Shown here piece after piece: positions 56,450 through 64,000 of a stretch of 64,000 nt of DNA. The DNA is from Bacilli bacterium. GTDB taxonomy: Bacteria > Bacillota_I > Bacilli_A > RF39 > UBA660. Where the stretch lies: positions 1,409-65,408 of the forward strand of contig JAFXHG010000027.1 of the NCBI GenBank assembly GCA_017536505.1, given 5' to 3'. Within the stretch, counting starts at the first letter, position 1; each line of letters starts with the position of its first letter. The notes under the pieces are model-generated. The model saw nothing but the letters and a program-made list of their open reading frames with translations, ran no database searches and was not told the DNA's origin. The position numbers and the translations under genes were made by a program.

Positions 56450-57437
56450 ATTAATAAGTGAAGAAGAATTAGTAGAAGATAATTTTGAAAAAAACATAAG
56501 ACCTGAAAGTTTAGAGGAATACGTTGGTCAAAGTGAAGTTAAAGAAAATTTAAATATATTTATAAAAGCAGCAAAATTAAGGGAAGAACCTTTAGATCAT
56601 GTTCTTTTATATGGGCCTCCTGGACTTGGTAAAACAACGTTAGCTTTTATAATTGCAAATGAACTTGGAAGTAACATTAAAACAGCTAGTGGACCATCTA
56701 TTGAAAAAAGTGGGGATTTAGCAGCTGTTTTATCTAATTTGGAACCTGGTGATGTATTATTTATAGATGAAATACATAGAATACCTAGATTCGTTGAAGA
56801 AATACTATATTCTGCTATGGAAGATTTTACTTTAGACATAGTAATAGGTACTGAAAATTCAAGCAGAAATATAAAGATAGATTTACCTCCGTTTACTTTA
56901 GTAGGAGCAACTACACGTGCAGGGGATTTGACTAGTCCATTAAGAGACAGATTTGGTATAATTAATAAACTAAACTATTATACTGAGGAAGAATTAAAAA
57001 AGATTGCTATAAGAACTAGTAAAGTTTTAGGATGTGAAATAGATGAAGATGCTGCATTAGAACTAGCTAGAAGAAGTAGAGGAACTCCACGTATTTGTAA
57101 TAGATTATTTAAACGAGTAAGAGATTTTGCTATGGTTATGGGCAATGGTATTATAGATTTAAGTATTACTAAATTAGCTTTAGATAAGTTAAAAGTAGAT
57201 GAACTTGGGTTAGATGAAACAGATTATAATTTACTTAAATCAATTATAGAAAGATTTAATGGAGGCCCAGTAGGAATAGAAGCAATTGCCTCTTCAATTG
57301 GTGAAGAGCAAACTACAATTGAAGATGTATATGAACCTTATTTACTTCAAACAGGACTTTTAAAAAGAACTACAAGAGGTAGAATGGTAACTGAAAAAGC
57401 TTATAATCATTTAGGGATTCCTTATAAAGAAAAATAA
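56442..57437 (+). CDS. ruvB: Holliday junction DNA helicase RuvB
   Basis: [36 protein letters not shown] and RGTPRI motifs. Confidence 0.95.
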   Translation: MDRLISEEELVEDNFEKNIRPESLEEYVGQSEVKENLNIFIKAAKLREEPLDHVLLYGPPGLGKTTLAFIIANELGSNIKTASGPSIEKSGDLAAVLSNLEPGDVLFIDEIHRIPRFVEEILYSAMEDFTLDIVIGTENSSRNIKIDLPPFTLVGATTRAGDLTSPLRDRFGIINKLNYYTEEELKKIAIRTSKVLGCEIDEDAALELARRSRGTPRICNRLFKRVRDFAMVMGNGIIDLSITKLALDKLKVDELGLDETDYNLLKSIIERFNGGPVGIEAIASSIGEEQTTIEDVYEPYLLQTGLLKRTTRGRMVTEKAYNHLGIPYKEK

Positions 57438-57480
57438 TAAAAATTATATAATTGTAAAGAATAATAGTGGTGAAGAGTGT

Positions 57481-58557
57481 ATGAAAAGAGTTTTAGTGTT
57501 GTTTGCTTTAATATTAGTTTTAGTAGGTTGTAAAGAACAAGAAAAAACTAATGCTGAAATTAAAGAACAAGCAGATAAAAAAGATGAAATAAAAGAAGAA
57601 GTTAAAGAATTAACTATAGAAGATTATCAAAATAATAATGTAGATGAATTAGGTGAAGTGCCTATTATGATGTATCATGGAATACATCATAAAAAAAATA
57701 GTGAAACTGAATATACAGGTGGTAATGTAGATAAAAATGGATACCAAAGAACTACAGAAGCTTTTATAAATGATTTAGAATTTTATTATAATGAAGGATA
57801 TAGAATGATAAGACTTACTGACTATGTAGATGGAAACATAGATGTAGAGTTAGGGAAAAGTCCTATTATTCTTACTTTTGATGATGGACTTTCTAATAAT
57901 ATAAAAGTAACAGGATTAGATGAAAATGGGAATATAATAATTGATCCAAATTCTGCAGTAGGAATACTTGAAAGTTTTAAAGAAAAATATCCTGATTATA
58001 ATGTAACTGCTACTTTCTTTGTTAATGGTGGTTTGTTTCAACAAAAAGAATATAATCAAAAAATATTAAAATGGTTAATAGAAAATGGGTATGATATTGG
58101 TAACCATACGTATAGTCATGTTGACTTTACTACTGTAAATAGTAAAAAGACTAGTGAAGAAGTAGGTAAGGTATACGAACTTTTAGATAGTTTTATTCCT
58201 GGAAAGTATGTTAATATAATTGCTTTACCTTTTGGATCGCCATATGGTTTAGAGCACGATAATATGAATTATATTTTTAATTCTAATTATAATAATAATA
58301 CTTATGAAACAAAATCTGCGTTAAGAGTAGGATGGAAAGCTGAAAGTTCACCATTTTCTTCAGAATTTAATCCAAAATTTTTAAAGAGAATTAGGGCATA
58401 TGATAATAATGGTGAGGAATTTGATATAGAAATGAATTTTAAGTTATTAGAAAAAAGTAGATATATATCAGATGGAAATATAAATAATGTTGTAATACCT
58501 GAATATAAGGAAAGTATATTAAATGTAAATTTACAAAGAAAACTTATAATTTATTAA
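57481..58557 (+). CDS. polysaccharide deacetylase (NodB domain) lipoprotein
   Basis: Lipobox LVLVGC. TFDDG and HTYSH motifs. Confidence 0.75.
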   Translation: MKRVLVLFALILVLVGCKEQEKTNAEIKEQADKKDEIKEEVKELTIEDYQNNNVDELGEVPIMMYHGIHHKKNSETEYTGGNVDKNGYQRTTEAFINDLEFYYNEGYRMIRLTDYVDGNIDVELGKSPIILTFDDGLSNNIKVTGLDENGNIIIDPNSAVGILESFKEKYPDYNVTATFFVNGGLFQQKEYNQKILKWLIENGYDIGNHTYSHVDFTTVNSKKTSEEVGKVYELLDSFIPGKYVNIIALPFGSPYGLEHDNMNYIFNSNYNNNTYETKSALRVGWKAESSPFSSEFNPKFLKRIRAYDNNGEEFDIEMNFKLLEKSRYISDGNINNVVIPEYKESILNVNLQRKLIIY

Positions 58558-58629
58558 GCTCTTTTTTGGTTTAATTTGCAAAAATATCAATTTGTGATAT
58601 AATAAACTTAGTTAGCGAGGAAAAGTATT

Positions 58630-59349
58630 ATGAAAAATTATGCAAATTTATTTGGAGGATTTAAAAAACCATTTAAACCTTCATTAAAACCCAGAAAAAG
58701 AATAGAAGATAGTTTTCGTAGACGAAAAATATCTTTAAAAGAAGATGAAAGTAAAAGTTTTAAAACTATAGTGCAAAAAAAATTAGATAACGTATATGAT
58801 AATTATTATCGAGAAATATATATAGCAAAGTATCAAAATAAAATAAAATTTTTAGAAAAACAAATAGAATTATTACAAAGCCAAAAATCGCATGATACAT
58901 TTTCATATAGGATGAGTTTATCAAATATAGTCGCACAAATGGAAAAAGCCCAAGAAGAAATAAGTAAATGGGAGATGGGTAAAAAAGAAACTTTTGATAC
59001 TAAAAAAGTTAAAATTGCAGGAATTGAAATAAAAATTCCAATTAAAGGAAAAGGTAATGAATATACATTAATATCAGATACTTTAGCTGGATCAATAGAA
59101 AGAATAGAAGAATTAGAAAATGAACTTAAACGAAAAGATATATCGAATATTAGTAAGATAGGCTTAAGTATAAAAACTGGATTCTGGAAATATATTAGAG
59201 CTGTTTCAAAAGGAACTATTAAGTTCCATGCAACAACTTGGTCAAAAATACAAGATATTGTTATTCATAAACCAAATCTAATTACAAGTTTAAAAGAATC
59301 CGAAAATGATTTAGAAGAAAGATTAGAAAGAGTAAGAACAGTTAGATAA
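58630..59349 (+). CDS. hypothetical protein (239 aa, basic N-terminus, coiled coil)
   Basis: ORF followed by the terminator AACAGTT-N9-AACTGTT and a T-run. Confidence 0.4.
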   Translation: MKNYANLFGGFKKPFKPSLKPRKRIEDSFRRRKISLKEDESKSFKTIVQKKLDNVYDNYYREIYIAKYQNKIKFLEKQIELLQSQKSHDTFSYRMSLSNIVAQMEKAQEEISKWEMGKKETFDTKKVKIAGIEIKIPIKGKGNEYTLISDTLAGSIERIEELENELKRKDISNISKIGLSIKTGFWKYIRAVSKGTIKFHATTWSKIQDIVIHKPNLITSLKESENDLEERLERVRTVR

Positions 59350-59425
59350 TTTAACTGTTTTTTTTATAAAATAGTATAAAAAAATATAAATTTGTGTTAA
59401 AATATATATGATAGGAGGAATTAAA

Positions 59426-59905
59426 ATGGCATTAGATAATAATTTTTATCAAGAAATATATATAAATGAACAAAAATGGATAGGATTAATAGAAAGTAAT
59501 TTATTAAATATATATTATTTTAATGTTGAGTTAGTTCCTTTTTATAAAAAGAAGTTAGAAGAATTGATTTATGAATATAATTTAACAGAAAATAAAATAA
59601 TTGAACAAATAATTGAAGAAGTAAAATGTATAATACAAAAATTAGAAGAATTTGATGCTGCATACAGAATGGGAAATTTAATTAGTACGAAATCATTAAT
59701 TCCTTTATTTTTAGTAAGTAAATTTAATAATAATGGTCAAAAAGCAGAGGTTCCAGAATTGGATAGATTAGAAATAAGAAAACAAGTATTAACCGCAATA
59801 AGAGACCACTATACTGAAAAAAAGAGAGAAAAATTAGAGTATAATTACTCTAAAAAAGAAAATGAACAAGATGATTATCTTTATGAAGATTTTCCTGTAA
59901 GATAA
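59426..59905 (+). CDS. hypothetical protein
   Basis: ATG 59426 lies 7 nt after AGGAGG. Confidence 0.4.
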   Translation: MALDNNFYQEIYINEQKWIGLIESNLLNIYYFNVELVPFYKKKLEELIYEYNLTENKIIEQIIEEVKCIIQKLEEFDAAYRMGNLISTKSLIPLFLVSKFNNNGQKAEVPELDRLEIRKQVLTAIRDHYTEKKREKLEYNYSKKENEQDDYLYEDFPVR

Positions 59906-59910
59906 AATAA

Positions 59911-59935
59911 AAAAAGAAGCATACGCTTCTTTTTA
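59911..59935. terminator. bidirectional terminator
   Basis: AAAAAGAAGC-ATAC-GCTTCTTTTT. Confidence 0.65.
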
Positions 59936-60106
59936 TTTTTCAGATTTACTTAAAGTTCTTTTTTCTCTAGCGCTCATTCTTACTTTAGTACCATCTGCTA
60001 AAGTTACTAATTGTAAGTTAACTTTTTGCATATGTTTAGTAGCTCTACAAGAGTGAGATCTTCTATTTCCAGATAATGGTTTTTTGCTTGTTGCTTTAAC
60101 TGCCAT
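59933..60106 (-). CDS. rpmB: 50S ribosomal protein L28 (57 aa; absent from the ORF track)
   Basis: The reverse-strand translation is MAVKATSKKPLSGNRRSHSCRATKHMQKVNLQLVTLADGTKVRMSAREKRTLSKSEK. The SGN(N)RSH..T KR..PNLQ pattern is L28-like. GGAGGAATAAT RBS. Confidence 0.8.
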   Translation of the reverse strand: MAVKATSKKPLSGNRRSHSCRATKHMQKVNLQLVTLADGTKVRMSAREKRTLSKSEK

Positions 60107-60240
60107 ATTATTCCTCCATTCAAAGTTTTTTTCCCTATGCCAATAAAGTTTATCATATTTTTAAAAATAAGTCAAATATTTTGCACAATTTTGTTTAAAA
60201 TAAAAGTGATTTATAGTAAAATATATGTAGGAGGGATAAT

Positions 60241-63168
60241 ATGTATACACCACTTTATATAAAAACAGATAATAGCTTACAAACATCTTTAATTAAAGTT
60301 AAAGATTTAATAGAGTATGCAAAAGATAATAACATACAATCCCTTACTATAACTGATAATAATATGTATGGAGTTATGGATTTTTATAAATTGTGCATAA
60401 CTAACAATATCAAACCTATTATAGGGTTAGAAGTAGAATATAATGATAAAAAAATTGTTCTTTATGCAGAAAATTATGATGGATATAAAAATTTAATAAA
60501 GTTATGCACACTACAAAGTGAAAAAAATTTAGAATTAAAAGAATTAGAAAAACATTCTAAACATTTAGTGTGTATAACTCCTTATGAAAGCTTAAGTATT
60601 TATAATGATATAAAAAGTTTTTATAAACACATGTTTATTGGTTATAAAAATATAGATGAATTAAATAATATAGATGGAAATAATACTGTTTATATGAATG
60701 AAACTTTGTATTTAACTAAAGAAGATAGTAAATATATAAAATATATAGATGCAGTAAGAACTGGTGTTACAATAGATTTAGTATCTAGTAATCATTTAAA
60801 TAACTACGTATTAATAGAAGAAGAATTTAATAATAAATTTAAAGAAAGTATAGATAATAATCATTTAATAACAGATCTTTGTAACTTAGAAATCCCTTTT
60901 AATCAAAAATTAATGCCTAAATTTACTAATGAAGAAGGAATTGATAGCTACACATATTTAAAGAAAAAATGTATAGAAGGATTAAGATATCATTTCGGTA
61001 ATACAGTAAAACAAATATATAAAGATAGACTTAAATATGAATTAGAAGTAATAAATAAAATGGGATTTTGTGATTATTTCTTAATAGTATCTGATTATGT
61101 TAAGTATGCTAAAGAAAATAATATAATAGTAGGTACCGGAAGAGGAAGTGCAGTAGGTTCACTTGTATCATATTGCCTTATGATTACAGATGTGGATCCT
61201 ATTAAATATAATTTACTATTTGAAAGATTTTTAAATCCAGAACGTATTAGTATGCCAGATATAGATATAGACTTTGAACATGAAAAACGTGAAGAAGTAA
61301 TTAATTATTGTATACAAAAATATGGTATGAAAAAAGTTGTTCCAATTATTACTTTTGGTACTTTAGGTGCTAAACAAGCTATAAGAGATGTTGGTAAGAC
61401 TTTAGATATAGAATTAGGGCTAATAGATAATTTATGTAAATTAATAGATTCAAGAAAAACACTTAAAGAAAATTACAATGATAATTCAAAAATAAAAGAT
61501 TTATTAGACAGAAAAGAAGATTTAAAAGATTGTTATAAGATTGCTATTAAATTTGAAGGTTTAAAAAGACATACTTCTATACATGCAGCAGGTGTTATTA
61601 TGTCTAATGTAGATTTGGATGAAATAATTCCTTTAGATAAAAGTCATGATTTTTATGTAAGTGGATATGATATGACATATCTAGAAGAAATTGGTCTTTT
61701 GAAAATGGATTTTCTTGCTATTAAGTATTTAACTACAATACATAATATTATAGATAGTATAAATAAAGATTATAATTTAAATATTAAATTTGATAAAATA
61801 CCTTTAAATGATACTAAAGCTTTAAATGTTTTTAATAAAGCAGATACAATAGGTATATTTCAGTTTGAATCAGATGGTATGATTAATTTCTTAAGAAAAC
61901 TTAAAGTAACTAGTATGGATGATATATTTGCTGCTATAGCATTATTTAGACCAGGACCTATGCAAAATATACCAACATATATTAATAGAAAAAATGGTAA
62001 AGAAAAAATAGATTATATAGATCCTAGTTTAGAGAATATTTTAAAACCTACTTATGGTATTATGATATATCAAGAACAAATTATGCAAATAGCTAGAAGT
62101 ATGGCAGATTATACATTAGGTGAAGCTGATATACTTAGAAAAGCTATGAGTAAAAAGAAAAAAGATATATTACTTAAAGAAAAAGAAAAATTTACAATAA
62201 GAGCTTTAAATAAAGGTTATGATGCTAAATTAGTTGATAGAGTATATGAACTTATGCTTAAGTTTGCTGAATATGGTTTTAATAAATCTCATTCAATAGG
62301 ATACTCAATAGTAGCATATAAAATGGCTTATCTAAAAGCACATTTCCCTAAAAATTTTATTACATACTTACTTTCTATGGAAATAAATGATGATAAAAAA
62401 ACAAAACAATATATTTATGAAGCTAAAAAAAATAACATAGATATACTTAAACCAGATATAAATTTAAGTGAAAGAAAATATAAAATAGAAGATAAAGGTA
62501 TAAGATATCCACTATCTAATATAAGAAATGTAGGTACAATGGGTTCAGAACTTATAATAAAAGAAAGAGAAAATGGAAATTATATCGATATATTTGATTT
62601 TATTAAAAGATGCTATGGAAAAAGTGTAACAATAAAAACATTGGAATCACTTATATATGCAGGTGTATTTGATAGTTTTGGATATAATAAAAATACTCTT
62701 ATAAATAATTTAGATGCTATTATAAATTATGGGGAATTAATTAAAGATTTAGATAGAGATTTTGCTTTGCCACCAGAGATAACTGTGTATGAAGAATATA
62801 CTAATAAAGAATTAATGGAACAAGAATTAAATGTATTTGGACTTTATCTTACAAATAATCCTATAACAGAATTAAAATTAAAATATTCTAATATAGTTAA
62901 TTTAAATGAAATAGAATTATTTTTTGATAAAGTAATAAACATAATAGTTTATGTAGATAAAATAAAAGAAGTTAATACTTCAAAAGGAGATAAGATGGCA
63001 TTTATAAGTGGTAGTGATGAATTATCAAATGTAGATATAGTATTATTTCCTAAAATTTATGAAAAATTTAATGAAATAAATAATGGAGATATCATCCTTG
63101 TAAAAGGTAAAGTAGAGAAAAGATTTGATAAACATCAAGTAGTAGTTAATAATATAGAAAAGTTATAA
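60241..63168 (+). CDS. dnaE: DNA polymerase III alpha subunit DnaE
   Basis: PHP N-terminus, GRGSAVGSLVSYCL, MPDIDIDF, HAAGVIM, FRPGPM and FNKSHS motifs. Confidence 0.93.
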   Translation: MYTPLYIKTDNSLQTSLIKVKDLIEYAKDNNIQSLTITDNNMYGVMDFYKLCITNNIKPIIGLEVEYNDKKIVLYAENYDGYKNLIKLCTLQSEKNLELKELEKHSKHLVCITPYESLSIYNDIKSFYKHMFIGYKNIDELNNIDGNNTVYMNETLYLTKEDSKYIKYIDAVRTGVTIDLVSSNHLNNYVLIEEEFNNKFKESIDNNHLITDLCNLEIPFNQKLMPKFTNEEGIDSYTYLKKKCIEGLRYHFGNTVKQIYKDRLKYELEVINKMGFCDYFLIVSDYVKYAKENNIIVGTGRGSAVGSLVSYCLMITDVDPIKYNLLFERFLNPERISMPDIDIDFEHEKREEVINYCIQKYGMKKVVPIITFGTLGAKQAIRDVGKTLDIELGLIDNLCKLIDSRKTLKENYNDNSKIKDLLDRKEDLKDCYKIAIKFEGLKRHTSIHAAGVIMSNVDLDEIIPLDKSHDFYVSGYDMTYLEEIGLLKMDFLAIKYLTTIHNIIDSINKDYNLNIKFDKIPLNDTKALNVFNKADTIGIFQFESDGMINFLRKLKVTSMDDIFAAIALFRPGPMQNIPTYINRKNGKEKIDYIDPSLENILKPTYGIMIYQEQIMQIARSMADYTLGEADILRKAMSKKKKDILLKEKEKFTIRALNKGYDAKLVDRVYELMLKFAEYGFNKSHSIGYSIVAYKMAYLKAHFPKNFITYLLSMEINDDKKTKQYIYEAKKNNIDILKPDINLSERKYKIEDKGIRYPLSNIRNVGTMGSELIIKERENGNYIDIFDFIKRCYGKSVTIKTLESLIYAGVFDSFGYNKNTLINNLDAIINYGELIKDLDRDFALPPEITVYEEYTNKELMEQELNVFGLYLTNNPITELKLKYSNIVNLNEIELFFDKVINIIVYVDKIKEVNTSKGDKMAFISGSDELSNVDIVLFPKIYEKFNEINNGDIILVKGKVEKRFDKHQVVVNNIEKL

Positions 63169-63186
63169 GTAATATAAAAATACAAA

Positions 63187-63219
63187 AAAAGATAATAAAA
63201 AACAATTATTATCTTTTTT
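63187..63219 (+). terminator. intrinsic terminator after dnaE
   Basis: AAAGATAAT-N11-ATTATCTTT followed by a T-run. Confidence 0.6.
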
Positions 63220-63318
63220 ATTAAATACTTTGTCAAAAAAAATAGATAAAATATGTTTCATTTTTATTAGAAATGTGTTAAAATGTTTATAGTAGACGTT
63301 AGAATTGGAGGAATAATC

Positions 63319-63720
63319 ATGGGTTTTATTAAAAACTTATTTGATAAAGATGAAGAAAAAATAGGAAATGGTAATGAATATTATGATATAAGTACTGAAG
63401 AAGCTATGACTGAAGAAGGTGGAGCTAAAATGATTCTACTTGAACCAAGAGCTTATTCAGAAGCACAACAAATAGCTGATCACTTAAAGAAAAGAAATAC
63501 CGTAGTAGTAAATCTTAAAAGAGTTACTAGTGATCAAGCTAAAAGAATCATGGACTTTTTGAGTGGGACTATATATGCAATTAAAGGAAACATTCAAAAA
63601 ATAGGAAGTGGTATTTTCTTATGTACACCAAATAATATTAATGTACAAGGTAAAATAACAGATGAAACTGAAAAAGATAGTAAAGATAAAGACGAAGATA
63701 ATATAAATTACGAATGGTAA
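63319..63720 (+). CDS. sepF: cell division protein SepF
   Basis: [31 protein letters not shown]...[26 protein letters not shown] 63319 follows GGAGGA. Confidence 0.85.
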   Translation: MGFIKNLFDKDEEKIGNGNEYYDISTEEAMTEEGGAKMILLEPRAYSEAQQIADHLKKRNTVVVNLKRVTSDQAKRIMDFLSGTIYAIKGNIQKIGSGIFLCTPNNINVQGKITDETEKDSKDKDEDNINYEW

Positions 63721-63784
63721 AAAAATACTTGAAAAAGAATAATATTTGTGCTAATATATAAAGCACAACGTTTGAGGGATGCTT

Positions 63785-64000
63785 ATGGATAATAAAACGT
63801 TTAGAAATTATACTCCAGAGCAAGTAGATCAATTTTTAGATCAAGTTATCAAACAAGTTGAAAGAATGATTGAAGATAATAAGGCTAAAAATAGAGAAAT
63901 TGCTTTGAAGGATAAAAAAATTGAAGAATTAAGTAAGTTAGTAGCTAGTACTTCTCGTATGCAAGAAAAACTTGCTCAATATGAGAGAATGGAAGGTACA
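63785..64000 (+). CDS. divIVA: DivIVA-domain protein, N-terminal part (runs off the window)
   Basis: ...FRNYTPEQVDQFLDQV... is the DivIVA N-terminal signature, followed by a coiled coil. Confidence 0.7.
   Translation, partial: MDNKTFRNYTPEQVDQFLDQVIKQVERMIEDNKAKNREIALKDKKIEELSKLVASTSRMQEKLAQYERMEGT

Overview
Very AT-rich chromosomal segment (about a quarter G+C by eye, not computed) from a low-GC Gram-positive (Bacillota-type) bacterium. PolC and DnaE are both present, along with SepF/DivIVA, a class B PBP and an OatA-like enzyme. Most of the window is + strand housekeeping: tsaB-rimI-tsaD; infC-rpmI-rplT behind an attenuator leader; a SAM-I riboswitch and metK; feoAB; pcrA; nfo; rpmG; efp; polC; clpP; gap; ruvA/ruvB; rpmB; dnaE; sepF; divIVA. 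I recognised no rRNA, tRNA or CRISPR array. Three accessory features stand out. (1) A 12.8-kb integrative mobilizable element (about 13935-26766) carries a large serine recombinase, a MobV relaxase and a RecA-like ATPase. It has inserted inside an ABC-transporter ATPase gene, between the signature motif and Walker B. Both junctions are readable, and the reconstructed attP is a perfect 10-2-10 palindrome around a GT core. (2) The element's cargo is a GtrA / polytopic GT-C-like / GtrB three-component surface-glycosylation module. (3) Just outside the element (27319-28008) is a secreted, membrane-anchored protein. Its predicted mature N-terminus is a ubiquitin domain matching eukaryotic ubiquitin at about 53 of 76 positions (hand alignment). 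It lacks the C-terminal Gly-Gly and is fused to a Listeria-Bacteroides (Flg_new) repeat. This is the most unusual item in the window. Smaller oddities: L20 fused to a Rho_N/SAP-like tail; a Fic protein with Gln replacing the catalytic His; an orphan Dam-like methyltransferase; a BclA-like collagen-repeat gene next to a GT2-TPR glycosyltransferase; an orphan 361-aa prepilin-like protein; and an apparent insertion in PolC. All family assignments come from motifs read in the translations. No database search was run.
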